From Octopus sinensis (lineage: Eukaryota), in NCBI RefSeq assembly GCF_006345805.1, contig NC_042998.1:58466001-58530000 (forward strand): a stretch of 64,000 nucleotides of DNA, given 5' to 3'. The position numbers and the translations under genes are program-made. Below, one piece after another: positions 39,591-54,909 of this stretch (within the stretch, counting starts at the first letter, position 1; each line of letters begins with the position of its first letter). The notes below the pieces were generated by a model. The model was not told the DNA's origin. It made no database searches and was given only the letters and a program-made list of their open reading frames with translations.

Positions 39591-40988
39591 ATGTTCAAGA
39601 ATGAGAAAAAGAAAAGGAATAGAAGTACTTGAAATAGACGCTAAATGCAAAAGATATTAAGCCCTGGTTGGAGCTAAATTCATAAAAAGGGGAGATGTTA
39701 TGGGAGAATCCGAAACACCCCCACATGACTGAAGGTGGACTAATTGATCTAACATGGGAGTAGCTGATGGTATTAGTTCAACTGTGTTGGTTTAACAGTT
39801 GGTAGTTGAACAGTGAATACTGAGAATCATAACTATGTTCGAGTAGTACAGAGTGCATTCTGGGTCAACATATATTTCTGTAATAGGTTATTGTTAGATA
39901 ACCACAACCAACTGTTTATTTGTGTAATACCATTTCACATCAGATGTGTATACCAATGTCATAACACAGACAAACAAGAGTTTCAAGTAGGTTGGTATTA
40001 AATGGATTTAAATGCTGTGTTTCAATTTAGTAAAATGCTGTGTTAAAAAATAACAACCTTCTAAATTTAGAATGCAACTTATTCTTAAATTTGTAAATAA
40101 GTAAATGTACTTTTAGCCACTTCCTGAATATCTGATCTGCCAAACAAAAACTGAAGACCTATTGTATTTTGTTTCAAAAAAGTCACATAATAAATGAAGT
40201 CAAAAAGGTTATCAGAAATGTATGTTTAAACAATAAATACTTTGATCTCCTGGAACAACATAACCATGTGTACATCACTTTATAAACTGAATAATCAAAT
40301 TGCATAAAAACTTATTTAAGTAAACAACGTTATCAAAGTGAATTTGATTTTCCATGAAAAGCACATTCATATGATATTTGCAATGTTGACTTTAGAACAG
40401 GTGCACTTTTACAGCTGACACCAATAAAGTTCTGAGGTCACTTTTGAATTATCTCTTTTTGTTTTGTTTTGTTTTGTTTTGGATACATGAATGTCTTAAA
40501 TGTATTTCAGACAGCAATTATAATAAATCTGACTAAATATTTCTTACTATAATACTAAAGAAAAGTCAATGTGCATTATTCATGAAGTATAGTTTTTATG
40601 GGATTTCTGAGTCCATAATTTGTGATGCACATTATATATGTATTATACACAAATAAATATGGTAAATATTCTCATTGCATTTAATGATTAATTTTTACTA
40701 CTTCATCTTCATTATTATGACCTTTACTGTCATCAACATCATCAAATTCACCACCACAACCCATAGCACAGTATAGTCATTATCTTCAGTGTTGCACAGA
40801 GCCTGCTAAAATAAACAGACTTACAAACTGATGTCTGTTGGGGAGGTCGTGGTAGTTCCTGTTTGATCAATACAGTTAGATATACAACTGATACTACTGA
40901 ATATAGAGCTTCATATAGAGTATCATCTTCCATGATGGCAAAGTGTGTGAAGGAGACAAATGGTAGAAACTGCATGTTATCTATCTAT

Positions 40989-41915
<927 letters not shown>

Positions 41916-41964
41916 TAGTAAAAGTTCAGGGAGCTACTACAGCTGTTGGCAGTAATAGCTCAGA

Positions 41965-42470
41965 ATAGGGAGGATGATCAACCAGTTCACAGCCAAAATC
42001 ACTTACAGCAGCCATTGAAACCAATGATTTGCGTGCCAGAGCACTGTCCTGATGAAACAAGATCCTTTTTGTCAGTTTTCCTAGCCATCTGGTCTTGATA
42101 GCCTCAGAAAGCTGCTATAGTACTCCCCACTAATGGTATGGTCCATTTGAAGATATTCAACAACCACAGTGCCCTTTGCATCCCAAAAAAGAAACTGATG
42201 CCATCAGCTTCTCTGCAGATGAAACAACCTTGGCCTTCTTTGTAGCAGGTGAGGAGGGGCATTTTCACTGCATAGATTGTCTTTTTATCTCTGACTCAAA
42301 GTAATGAATCAAACATTCGTCCTAAGTTAGAAAATGTTGAAGGACACCAGCTGGATCTGCTCCAAGCAATGTTAGATCTTCCTATGGTGCATTCAACTTT
42401 GTGCACTTTTGATCAGATCTGAGAAGAAACATTTATTATGTCAGGTTCATTGTGAGAATATCCAGTTGAA
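41965..42470 (-). mobile_element. Mariner transposase pseudogene fragment
   Basis: Minus strand, with frameshifts: ...KKAKVVSSAEKLMASV..WDAKGTVVVEYLQMDHTISGEYY...ILFHQDSALA...ELVDHPP. Confidence 0.8.
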
Positions 42471-42599
42471 TATTCTCAACTCTTTCACAGGATATGCTGA
42501 TAGCATTGGCTATTTGATTTATGACTTATACTCAATATTCTGTCATCCATCACCATGTGTGAACATAATCAATGTTCTCCTCAGTCGTGGCAGTTGTAG

Positions 42600-42805
42600 G
42601 ATAATAATAATAATAATGAAATTATTGTATACAGTGCTCAGGTGCACCACAACTTGTCAAAAGTGTGTATAAAGTATATGCAGTAATGTACAAATGTCTG
42701 GAAAGTGAACAGTGCATGAGTCAGATACATGCTTGCGTGTGTATGGAGGGTAGAAAATCAGGTGTAGTGTTGGTGAATATCAGGAAGCAAGGAAGTTTTG
42801 AAGGA
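42600..42805 (-). mobile_element. CR1-like LINE 3' end (short copy)
   Basis: Nearly the same sequence as 43972-44175; (tat)n tail on the element strand. Confidence 0.8.
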
Positions 42806-43499
42806 TGTCCAGACCTTGGGCCATCTTCCCCTTCCCCTCCTAAATTCAGCTGTCCACTTTTTCACAGGAGTGGTTGGCGTTAGGAAGGGCATCCAGCTGT
42901 AGAAACACTGCCAGATCTGACTGGCCTGGTGCAGCCTTCGGGCTCCCCAGACCCCAGTTGAACCGTCCAACCCATGCTAGCATGGAAAGCGGACGTTAAA
43001 CGATGATGATGATGATGATGATGATAAAGCTGAAGTGTCATCCCATAATGTAATAACCATGTCAATATGAACATCCTTGGGGAGCTAAACCCTCTTTCTG
43101 CAGGTACTTGATAACACCATGGTGCCAAATTTTGTTGATTTTCAAGTGAAGTCACGTCTAGTTACTTTTCAAGTCTTCTTCAAACAGTCAGATGTCGGTT
43201 TACCTGGGAAAAAAAAACAATGCAGTTATTAAGAAAAGTTGAAATTAATGCATGCAAGATCTCACAGCTCTCACATCACTCCTCCATAGTCAACCTATGA
43301 ACTTTTCAGACCATCCTAGTCATGTGGGAAGAGATGACAATGAGAAAAAGGGATGGACGATTCCAAGGGAAGAGAAAGTAACTAGTAGTACAAAGGATGT
43401 AGGGGGAGTAATATGTGACAATTCAGCTCTTGAACCCTTACAGCCACTAAGTAGTGGCATAGATAGAAGAGTGATTGGTGGGGCTGGGTGTTAGGTGAA

Positions 43500-43740
43500 T
43501 GAGGTGTAAGGGAATGTTTGACAGAGCAGAATGGATTACAGGTCTACATAGAATGTTTTCGGGTCTTCATTTTCACTCTGATGGACAAGTCTTCTTGTGT
43601 ACACAGCAAATTAACAATCATCTCTGTCCTCTGAGACTCAGCATTTTTAGATCTGCCTTGATCTGCCTTCACTTCTTTGTCCCATGTCTTCCTGGGCTTC
43701 TCTTTTTCACAGATCCTATCTGCTTTGAGTGACCAACCCT
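43500..43740 (-). mobile_element. RTE LINE 3' ORF remnant ending about 35 nt upstream of an exon acceptor
   Basis: Minus strand ICEKEKPRKTWDKEVKAD resembles the RTE C-terminal GRPRKTW motif. Confidence 0.55.
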
Positions 43741-43776
43741 TCTTTATGTATACATAATCCTTTTCTCTTTCCACAG

Positions 43777-43884
43777 ATACTCCTAATGGGTTGCCGATGT
43801 GTAGAACTTGACTGTTGGGATGGAGATGATGGAATGCCAATTATATATCACGGACATACACTCACTACAAAGATCTCATTTAAG
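43777..43884 (+). CDS. PLCE1: PLC-epsilon exon, X box ([36 protein letters not shown])
   Basis: Acceptor tttccacAG ends at 43776 and donor GTaata starts at 43885; 108 nt, phase 0/0. Contains the [12 protein letters not shown] and YHGHT motifs. Confidence 0.97.
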
Positions 43885-43971
43885 GTAATATTTTTATAAA
43901 GCTCTTGAAACAAAAACGTTCTTCAAATTAGAAGTAATTTTTTATTTTCATTCTCTCTTTACTTCATTAAA

Positions 43972-44545
43972 ATAATAATAATGAAATTATTGTATACAGT
44001 GCTCAAGTACACCACAACTTGTCAAAAGTGCATATAAAGCATATGCAGTAATGTATAAATGTCTGGAAAGCGAACAGTGTATGAGTTAGTTACATGCTTG
44101 CGTGTGTATGAAGGGGAGAAAATCAGGTGTAGCGTTGGCGAATCTCAGGAAGCATGGAAGTTTTGAAGGATGCAGTGCTCCGACAACTAACTACTGATGC
44201 CGGCAGTTTGTTCCATGCTTCAGCAACTCTTAGTGTGAAAAAATGTTTCTGAAAGTCATGGGAGCTGTGCTGTTTTCTGACTTTGTAAACATGTCCACGG
44301 GTGTTAGACAGGTGGAGTTTGAAAAGGTGCTCAGAGTTATTGTTTGTAAGATGGTTAATAATTTTATGGGTGTCTGCCAAGTTAGCTGCCAGACGTTGGA
44401 GTTTCATTGTATCTATACCCACAGAAGTAAGGCGTTCAAAATATGGCAAATGCCTGATGGAGGGTATTCTCTTGGTTGCACGTAGCTGAACGGTTTCCAG
44501 ACGATTAATATCCTGGGCAAGATAGGGGTTCTAGACCGGTGATGC
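43972..44545 (-). mobile_element. CR1-clade LINE 3' fragment
   Basis: Peptide LETVQLRATKRIP..LPYFERL..LQRLAANL..TRGHVYKV..FFTLRVAEAWNKLPASVV..SFK is the standard CR1 RT C-terminus. Confidence 0.9.
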
Positions 44546-46961
44546 AAAGCATCACTTTTATTTTTCATATTATAGATTTATGATAATGCAATTTGTGAAG
44601 CAAATAGAATTCTAGTAGAATTGCTGTTCCCTTTTCTGTCTTTTTGTGTTTTATTTTGTGTACTGTGCATGCACTTTTGGTTATCATTACTGTCTCTCTT
44701 TACTTGATTATTACTGATTTTGTCCCCTTTTTTGCCTTTTCAAATGAATTGTAGTGCACCTGAGCACTGTATATAACTGACTTGTTATTATTCTGTGGCT
44801 CAGATTTGATGGAGCTACAGTCTTGGGTCAAGAAAAGACCAAAACTGGATGCCTGGCTCCTGGAATGTCACCAAGCACACATTTCCTTCTAACAGTTGAG
44901 CAACGTGCTTGGTTGAAGTTCTACATCAGCAATATATAGAGATCTAGTAGTGGTGGGTAAGAGTGAAAATATTTCCATTGAAACTTTAGGTGTCAATGGG
45001 GACAAATAGCAGTTATGTTTTGGAAAAACTGCAAGCTGGGGACTACAATAGATAACTTCCAGAAATCCCTGGCCTGGTAAGTGCTACCAAAGGGCACTAC
45101 TGTTTTGGGACAAATACTACAATGTGGAACTGTCTGTGATGGATACAAAGCAAGAAAATTGCTATGCACAAGTTCATGCAGTGTCCACGCATTGCTGGCT
45201 GGTGGAGTTAGATCAAATAGTTGTTGTTACATATAGGATGTTATTGGCTATGAGCTGAGAACATCATGAGGATTGACCAAACACCTACCTTTAACAACAC
45301 AAGTTAGGCAATATTTCTCATAGTTGCATGAGGACAGACACTGCTCTCTTTGGTCAAGCACAGATCAAGTTGTTTAAGTTCCACCTGGAAAGGAAAGTGA
45401 GGGTGAGGCAGGAAGTGCTCTCTTCTAGTAAGTTTGTCAAAAGGTGGGTGATTATGGCAAAACTACTTAGAGTGAATGGATCCACTCTAATCATGTGCCT
45501 GTAGATTGGAAGACAACAGTTGAACAAGAGTTTGAGCCCTTGGTAGTCAGAGCAGTACTGGATCTGTGGGATTCCTTGAATGGCCCTAGTTGGAGGTTAT
45601 GTATCAGGAAGACTGCATCATCCATGTGTTCGCATAATTTGTGGTACTAAAGTATACTTTTTATCTCTTCTCTCCCCTCACCTCCACTACTTCTCTGCTG
45701 GCTTTTGTGTGAACTCTCACTCAAATTGTAAACTGTCAGATAGCATGTTGAGCAAAATGCTTAGTGATATTTCACCTGCCCTTATGTTCTGATTTCAAAT
45801 TAGAACAAGGTTGACTTTGCCTTCATCTTTTCAGGGTCAAAAAATTAAGAACCCTCCCCACAAATTCCAGGCCTTGTACCTATAGTAGAAAGGATACTGA
45901 TAATAAATTTAACTTTACTTATCTGAAAACATTTTCAAAGTTTCTAGAACTAACCTAGAGGAAATTTCTTCAAATATTAATTTTAAACAGAATGTCACTA
46001 AATGTTGCTATGCAAATAGAAGTGTTTTAGACCTTAGTAACATCATAGCTGATGGGATAATTTGATTTTTCTCATTACCTTGAGCTATAAGCTCTGACGA
46101 TCCTTCAGAGAAAGCCGAAATATATTCCACATGTTTGTTTATATCTCTAAAATGTTGCATTTAATTTAATTTAAATATCGTTATGTTTGTGATACTTTCT
46201 AAAATTATCCTTAGATGATGCTTGTTAGAATTTTTCTCAAGACATTATAAAGCTTCTTGCAGAAACAATGTAATATTACTCTAAATTTGCAAAATTTTTG
46301 TTAAACAAACATTTCTAATATCAAATTAGATTTTTGGCTCAGTTTCAATGGAAATGTCAAAGAAATTTATGGCTGTTGCTATCCCTATCTTGCCAGAAAA
46401 CTCAACCATTACTAGGATCTTGTCTCAATTACACAGTGAAATCTTTTGTATTTAATTAGTTTTATATAAAATATGTATCATAATTCCTTGTTCATTGGCA
46501 TTCATAGATAAAGCACAGATAAATTATATCATATTCAGATACTGTAATAAATTATGTACAGATTCAGAATGCTGTAATCCATATATATTTCAATACATGG
46601 ACAGTTGTGTGGAGTCAAGATAGCTATGTGACACTACACTGATTGATTGAGAGAATGCTATTATATAACTAAGCTCTACAGCTGAGTCGTATAACAGCAG
46701 TGGTATTTCACTTACTTTTGTTTTTGATTTTTAACTTTCTTTGTGGGTGTGTGGTCAAAACTTGCTTCTGAACAACATAGTTCCAAGTTGAGTCTCAGTG
46801 TATGGTACTTTGGGCAAGTGTCTTCTACTATAACTTCAGGCTGACCAAAGCCTTGTGAGTAGATTTGGTAGATTTGGTAGAGGCAAACTGCTGTCTCTTA
46901 TTTCTAGCAATATAGGTGCTACCTGGCACCCTCAGTGACAATTGAATTTTTCCATTATGTG

Positions 46962-46993
<32 letters not shown>

Positions 46994-46994
<1 letters not shown>

Positions 46995-47413
46995 GTTATA
47001 AGAGGTAATGCTGTCATTGAGACCCAAAGGTGTCAGGTAATGCTGAATAAGTGCTGTAGACAGACCAAAGTTAAGTTCCAGGTGATTTTGCGAATAAGGG
47101 GTTCAACGTTGGTCATATGTCAGCGTGCGTATATAAGGAGTTTTTGCGCAATGAGATAAAAACCAAGGCTGTGTAGATATTAGAACATTTATAGATAGAA
47201 GGTCTTACAGCTGTTTCCAGGATATTTATTAATTATATCCTTTCGTTGGGGACAGTGTGAGAGGATGGTTAAGTAATAATTAATTTTGATGGGATACAAA
47301 ATAAATTCAATATCCCTACATATCTCACATCTATTTTCTTTCCTCCACCTCACTCTCTATTTTGTATCCCATCTATATTAATTATTACTTGGCAATTCAT
47401 GAAATATTATATG

Positions 47414-47460
<47 letters not shown>

Positions 47461-48276
47461 GTGTGTGTGTTTAAGTTGATAGACTACATATTAGTCTGTA
47501 AATAACAAAGAACAAATTTTAAACTATTTCCTGCTTCTGTTTTCTGCTAGGGAGAACAAAAGCCGAAACAATTGTCATACCTCAAACAGCTTACAAGGAT
47601 GATGCCATGAGCAAATCACAAGTTTACGAATTCTGAAGCTTGGATTTTTGCTATTAGTGCAAATGTCTATGTATTGGCTGAATGCTATTTTCTGCTGTTC
47701 CATATATATATGGAAAAATTCAGAAATAAGGGTTAAAAGCACTTAGAGCTGCATATACTGACAGGGGAGATAACCACCCCACAGTGTGTGAGATCACTAT
47801 ATAAATATAAATATAAATATAAATATATATATATATATAATATATATATATATATAGGTTATAAGAGGTAATGCTGTCATTGAGACCCAAAGGTGTCAGG
47901 TAATGCTGAATAAGTGCTGTAGACAGACCAAAGTTAAGTTCCAGGTGATTTTGCGAATAAGGGGTTCAACGTTGGTCATATGTCAGCGTGCGTATATAAG
48001 GAGTTTTTGCGCAATGAGATAAAAACCAAGGCTGTGTAGATATTAGAACATTTATAGATAGAAGGTCTTACAGCTGTTTCCAGGATATTTATTAATTATA
48101 TCCTTTCGTTGGGGACAGTGTGAGAGGATGGTTAAGTAATAATTAATTTTGATGGGATACAAAATAAATTCAATATCCCTACATATCTCACATCTATTTT
48201 CTTTCCTCCACCTCACTCTCTATTTTGTATCCCATCTATATTAATTATTACTTGGCAATTCATGAAATATTATATG

Positions 48277-48331
<55 letters not shown>

Positions 48332-48663
48332 AAGTTGATAGACTACATATTAGTCTGTAAATAACAAAGAACAAATTTTAAACTATTTCCTGCTTCTGTT
48401 TTCTGCTAGGGAGAACAAAAGCCGAAACTATTGTCATACCTCAAACAGCTTACAAGGATGATGCCATGAGCAAATCACAAGTTTACGAATTCTGAAGCTT
48501 GGATTTTTGCTATTAGTGCAAATGTCTATGTATTGGCTGAATGCTATTTTCTGCTGTTCCATATATATATGGAAAAATTCAGAAATAAGGGTTAAAAGCA
48601 CTTAGAGCTGCATATACTGACAGGGGAGATAACCACCCCACAGTGTGTGAGATCACTATATAA

Positions 48664-48700
<37 letters not shown>
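46994..48700 (+). repeat. Tandem duplication, 863-bp period, two near-identical copies (start 46994 and 47857)
   Basis: Copies match by eye except microsatellite differences and gaaacAattg vs gaaacTattg; junctions lie in (TA)n. Each unit has a Penelope-like arm and a mariner N-terminal scrap (LGRTKAETIVIPQTAYKDDAMSKSQVYE). Confidence 0.95.
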
Positions 48701-48702
<2 letters not shown>

Positions 48703-50521
48703 GTGTGTGTGTGCACGTGCGTGTTTGTGTCTTTGTGTCTGTTTTGGCAACAGGTGCCTACGTGCTTATGCCTCCATAGCTTAGCAGTTTGGCCAGAGTA
48801 ACTGATAGAATAAGTACTAAGCTTAAAAAAAAAAAATAAAAATAGAAGTTCTGGGGTCAATTTGTTCGACTAAAACCCTTGAAGGCAGTGCCCCAGCATG
48901 GTTGCAGTCAGATGACTGAAACAAGTAAAAGAGAAATGACAAATATATATTAATGTTTTCTCTATCAACACAGAGCTCACATTTAACAACAGATGATATG
49001 GCAGAACTTTCTCTTAACACAGACACCTATTTATCTGTTGAAATGCAATTCCAGTAAATCTCTGATTATCTCACTCAATGGCTATATATTTGAAAGCACC
49101 ATCTGTTATTATCAAGTAAATTTCATTACATATAATTTACATTACAAAAATCACCTGTCACAAAGTCTTTGGTGCTGTTTCACTCTCTAGCCATAAGTAG
49201 CTGTAGAACTTAGATGATGATTAATTCATTGAAAAACTTTTGCAATTAGTAATAAATATTTATTATCCTCATCACCATCATCATTTTTATATGCACTTTT
49301 CCATGCTTGTATAGGTCAGACGAAAGTTACTAAGGAAGATTTTTTTTTATAGCTAGATGCCCTTCTTGTAGCCAACTCTCACCTGTCTCCTGCTAGTGTA
49401 ATATTTTTCCATGACCAGGCATGTTTTTGTGGAAGATTGGAAATGAATGACACCACTATGCTGATGCCGAAACTCATTTACAATTATTATGCAATGTCAA
49501 GACAAAGTCCCTTCTCTCTCTCTCTTTCTCACACACACACACACATACACACCACACACACACACACACATACACACCACACACACACACACACACATAC
49601 ACACACACACACACACACAGCATGCACAACAGGCTTCTTTCAGTTTCCATTTATCTTATTCACACATGATAAAGTTGGCGACAGCAAGGACAACGGGTTG
49701 TAGAAAATTTGTCTCTGCAAATTCTGTCTGATTGCTGCAAACATGGAAAAGTGGATGCTAAAAGTGGCTGCTGCTGTTGATGATGATGACATCATAGTGT
49801 TCTAGCCATTGCTTAATGAGTAAGCATTTGAATTTGGTACTTTACCCTATCAAGCATAGACTTTCATTTCACTATTTTGGGTTCAAACTTTGACATGACG
49901 AGGTGTATCCTTCAAATAAAGTCAAGGAAGGTTGTTTTATTCAGTGAGTGTTGGTGGGTTGCCCTTTATAGTACAGTATCATAGTCAACATGTTTATTTT
50001 ATTTCATTTCAATGATGAATGGACGAATATGGCCATCGCTTTTAAGACGTTTACTTCCTAACTATTTAGTGTAAGCTTCCGTCCTACTGTATGACACCTT
50101 GAGCCAGTTTCATCTTGAGTAGATTTTGTAGGCAGAATCTGAAAGGAACGCATCATACGTATGCATTGTTCATCTGTATCTCTCGATATACATGTGCATG
50201 TCTGTGCGTATTTGCACTACAAAAATTGCTGTGATACAAGTTGTGGGAATGACATAATTTTCCCTGTCAACATATCATCCTTTGGTTTTGTGCCTTTGAA
50301 GCCAAGTGGGATAAAAGATCCCTTACTTGAAAAACAGGTAACTGTTAACAAAAGGGAAAATATTTGGCTGTAAAACAATATCACAGCAATATATTTATCT
50401 AATCAAAACTGCACAGAAAGTCTGATGCAAATACCTAAAGTTGAAATTATACATTGAATTAGATTCTACAAATGTTGAAAATAATAATTATATATTCTGT
50501 TCTTTTTCTCTCTTTATACAG

Positions 50522-50638
50522 GCAGTTGTAGAGGCTATCAACAGAGCAGCATTTGTTAATTCCCCATATCCTATAATCTTGTCCATAGAAAACCATTGCT
50601 CAATACCACAACAACAAAAAATGGCACAAATATTTGTT
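50522..50638 (+). CDS. PLCE1: PLC-epsilon exon, X box ([39 protein letters not shown])
   Basis: Acceptor tttatacAG ends at 50521 and donor GTaagt starts at 50639; 117 nt, phase 0/0. Contains the [14 protein letters not shown] motif. Confidence 0.97.
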
Positions 50639-51632
50639 GTAAGTATTTTATGACAACTACAATGGATGAGTGTGCAGTTTTGTTTGTTTTTTGCATCTTT
50701 ATATTTATATATTTATTTACTTTTTGAACAGCTATTCAAGTTTTTGTAAACTTAACCTAAATAAGTGGTAGAAGCCAAATTCTCTTCAGAATAATAAATG
50801 ACACGATTATCATAATAAAATTTTTATGAGAAAGTAATCTTCAGAAATTATCAGTTTTCAGTTTAGCAAAGGAAGATGTTTAAATACGTGCTTAGTTACT
50901 TGTGTATGTATATATAGGTGTGTGCATTTGCGTGTGTGTGTATGTGTGTGCACATGTGTGTATGTATGTGTGTATGTGTGTATGTGTGTATGTGCATGCA
51001 TGTGTGCACTTGTGTGTGTGTGTGTAACGTGCACAGGCTGTTAGTCTTTTAGTAGAATGTTAAAATGAAGAACTTTCTTCAGAAATAAAAGACAATGGCA
51101 GAAGTGAAGTAGGGGTGTGAAGAAAAAGTTCCATCTCAAAGCAAAAATAATTCCTTTCAATGGCAGTAAATCTATATACATTTTTTAATATTTCTTTTTG
51201 CCCTGAAAAGCGTATTTCTAAATTTTTGATACAAAGCTCTCTTCACTTGTTTAGATGAGTTGAGTCAACAAATTTTTAAAGTTGAACTTATGTATATTTG
51301 TTTCTTTCTATTGTTAAAACTTTTTGCTCTTCTATTATTCTATCAACTAAACAGACAGCTGTTATAACAGAAAATTCAGTTCTAAAGGTGGTGCTCCAGC
51401 ATGACACCGATCATGAGGATAAATACAAACTAAAGAATACAAATGTAGTCTTCCTTTTACAAATGTGACAAAATGGAACATATACCAGTATCCATACTGA
51501 CCACTGAATAGGTGCAACTGCATAGTGTCATCTTCTGTAGCCCTAGTCCTACCGATACTTTGTGAGTGAATTTGGTTGACAGAAATTGTGTGAAAGCTGT
51601 CACGTGTGCACCTGTGTGTGTGTGTGTGTGTG

Positions 51633-51668
<36 letters not shown>

Positions 51669-52137
51669 TTGCAATACATATCGTGTGCAAAGTGCACTGA
51701 ATCACCAACTGAAGGAGGCATCCTCCTGGGATTAAAATAGCAGCACATTACTTCTCAGTATGAAGACTACTCTTGTCTCTGATAGAAATTTTCTTAACAA
51801 GCTATATACATCATCACTACCATCATTGTTGTTTAAAGTCTGCCTATCATACTGCCTATAGGTTGGACGGTTTGACAGGAGCCGGCCAGGTAAAAGACTG
51901 TACCATGGTACTCTGTTTTATTTTTTGTATGGTTTTTATGACTGGATGCCCTCCTTAAAACCAACTCTAATTGCATAAAGCACTGAGTTCGTTTTTATAT
52001 TGTTTGTGGTATAATTATGTAATATACATAATCACACATATAAATACACTATTTATTATGTATATGTGTGTGTGTAGTAACTGAATCAAGAAATCAATTC
52101 AAGGTATATACACATACCTGTCTGTCTATCTATCAAT

Positions 52138-52168
<31 letters not shown>

Positions 52169-52170
52169 CA

Positions 52171-52210
<40 letters not shown>

Positions 52211-53452
52211 AACACACACATACACACACATATTAAAATAAAATAGATATTAATTACTCAGGCATGAAGCATGCATCTGGAAATGGATTAATCTCATATG
52301 GAGTGATAAAAAGATGAAATTACTAATATCAATTAACACTAAGCACACAGATTGTTCATTTTATTTATAAACATTTCCATCTACTGCATAATAAATATTT
52401 TTTTATAAGAATACTATTAAAATATCTTATTCTACTCTATTAAATTTTGTTCATAAATTTTGTTCATATATTTGGTGTAAACACTTCTAAACTAAATAAA
52501 GCTACAATTAACTCTCTAACAACTGCAATTGTCAAAGCCAGAATAAATGTCCCTTATATAATATATGCTTGACAAAAGGCATAATTCCAGTCTAGAATAC
52601 AAGCAAACTATTCCACTAAAGTATGCATCAGATTCCCTGACAACCAATTTAAGAACTGCTATACTCAACCTAACCAAAATTTTCAGCATAAACATGGGCT
52701 CACTGCAAACAAATATAAGAAGTGTTATAATCAATAAATCCTTACTTTTCAGTATAAACACTGCAGTAATTACATGTTATTATCCTGTTATACCTAGAGA
52801 TTAAAAGCAAGAATAGAAATTACAAATTCAAACAGACCATAATGTCAACAACCGAATGATGTCATTTATGCAAAACTGAAACCTTAGTAATATTCCTAGC
52901 AAAGAACTCCAACCATAAATAGAAATTCTGAAAGAACAATCTCCTGCAAGCAAAACACTCCAGGAAACCTAAAAATATTTCAATCAATATAATGAAGCCT
53001 AATGAATACTCATAAGTAAAATAATTAATAAATTAAATTTAATCTCACAAAGAATATGACACATATACATACATATGTGTGTGTTTGTGTGTATACATAC
53101 ATACATACATACATACATACATACATACATACATACATACATACATACATACATACATACATACACACACACCACACACACATATATATATATATATGTA
53201 GTATAATAAGAAAGAGAATGTCCTTGGTACAGTATTTTATATATGTGAAAAATTAATAGAAATTGCTTTTCTGATAATTTTTCCACTTTGGTAATTAGAT
53301 GTTTACAAGTTTACAAAAAGTCTGTTAATGACAAAGGTACCTGCCAGCAAGGCTACTTGCCAATATCGTCACAAACATACACATTTAGTTCTCACACATA
53401 GTGTACATACATACATATACATACACAAATACACACATACTCACCCATAAAT

Positions 53453-53510
<58 letters not shown>

Positions 53511-53565
53511 TGTATGTATGTATGTATGTATAAATTTTTTTGTAATGAGATAAAAAAATCAAGGC

Positions 53566-54025
53566 TGTGTAGATTTTAGAACATTTATAGATAGGTCTTA
53601 CAGCTGTTTCCAGGATATTTATTATATCCCGTCATCAGAGACAGTGTGAGAGGATGGTTAAGTAATAGTTAATTTAGATAAGATACGAAATAGATAGTTT
53701 ACTTTAAATAAAACCCTTGATTCAACAACACTATTTATAAATACTATACTTGGTATGACCAATTTTAAATACTATTGGATTTTACACATAAGGTATTCGA
53801 ATCTTATATGTATACCATTCTGCCTAAATAATGGATCTACAAATACAATATCCCTACATATCTCACATCTATTTTCATTCCACCACCTCACTCTCTATTT
53901 TGCATCTTAGCTAAATTAACAATTACTTAAACATCCTCTCACACCATCTCCGATGAAGGGATATAATAAATATCCCAGAAACATCTGCAAGACCTTCTAT
54001 CTATAAATGTTCTAAAATCTACACA
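53566..54025. mobile_element. Palindromic Penelope-like terminal remnant (arms 53566-53700 and 53891-54025)
   Basis: Arms are reverse complements and each carries a hammerhead core; a deleted relative sits at about 47168-47390 and 48031-48255. Confidence 0.75.
53595..53642 (-). ncRNA. Type I minimal hammerhead ribozyme with intact core
   Basis: Minus strand: gtct CTGATGA cgggatat aataa atatcctg GAAA cagctg TA agac. Stem I is 4 bp, stem II is 8 bp with one G-U, stem III is palindromic (cagctg), and the cleavage triplet is GUA. Confidence 0.78.
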
Positions 54026-54104
54026 AAATAAGTACTAGGCTTATGAAGAATGAGTCCTGAGGTTGATTTGTTCAACTAAAGGCAGTACTCCAGCATCATC
54101 GCTG

Positions 54105-54153
<49 letters not shown>

Positions 54154-54594
54154 TATACACACCCAAATAGATACCCAGATAGATACCCAGGAAGACATAC
54201 CTACATACAGCCATGCTGGTATCCACATGCATACCGGTACATGTACATATATACACACCTATCCACAAACATAGTTACCCCCAACACAGCTCTCAGAGTG
54301 ATTCAGCACGACCCAGGATGTGACGTGGCTGGGTCCCTGGAATACAAGCTCCATTCACTTTTGCCAGCTGAGTGGACTAGAGCAACATGAAATAAAGTGT
54401 CTTGCCCAAGGACATGACACGCCATTGGTTATCAAACTCACAACCTTACAATTGTCAATTGAATATCCTACTAGGCCACATGTCCTCACAGCATACCCAT
54501 ATACACACATACACATATTTATATGCATAAAAATATTCTGTATAAAAAAGTCTATATGTAGATATATATATACATATATGTATGTGTGTGTATT

Positions 54595-54672
<78 letters not shown>

Positions 54673-54674
<2 letters not shown>

Positions 54675-54821
54675 GAAAAAAAGTCATCAGAATTTTGAAA
54701 AGAACTTTTTTTATTTATTATATCTTCATTTTCATATTAGCACTTTCGAAAGCACTATTATGAAAATGAAAATATAATATATAAAAAAAGTTCTTTCCAA
54801 AATTCTGCAGACTTTTTTCAA
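54673..54821. repeat. Imperfect AT-rich hairpin (about 63-bp arms)
   Basis: ttgaaaaaaagtc-cagaattttgaaaagaacttttttat... pairs with ...ataaaaaaagttctttccaaaattctg-gacttttttcaa. Confidence 0.8.
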
Positions 54822-54849
54822 TTTTCAATTCTGTACATCACACCTAACA

Positions 54850-54909
<60 letters not shown>

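Noticed and set aside
44790-45560. Possible AP-endonuclease start (GSWNV) of a decayed LINE
   Set aside because: Only a 5-residue motif amid stops; insufficient to call.
47205-47255. Hammerhead motif in the duplicated unit (and its twin near 48068-48118)
   Set aside because: Core reads CCAACGA instead of CTGATGA; treated as a dead relative of the 53595 motif.
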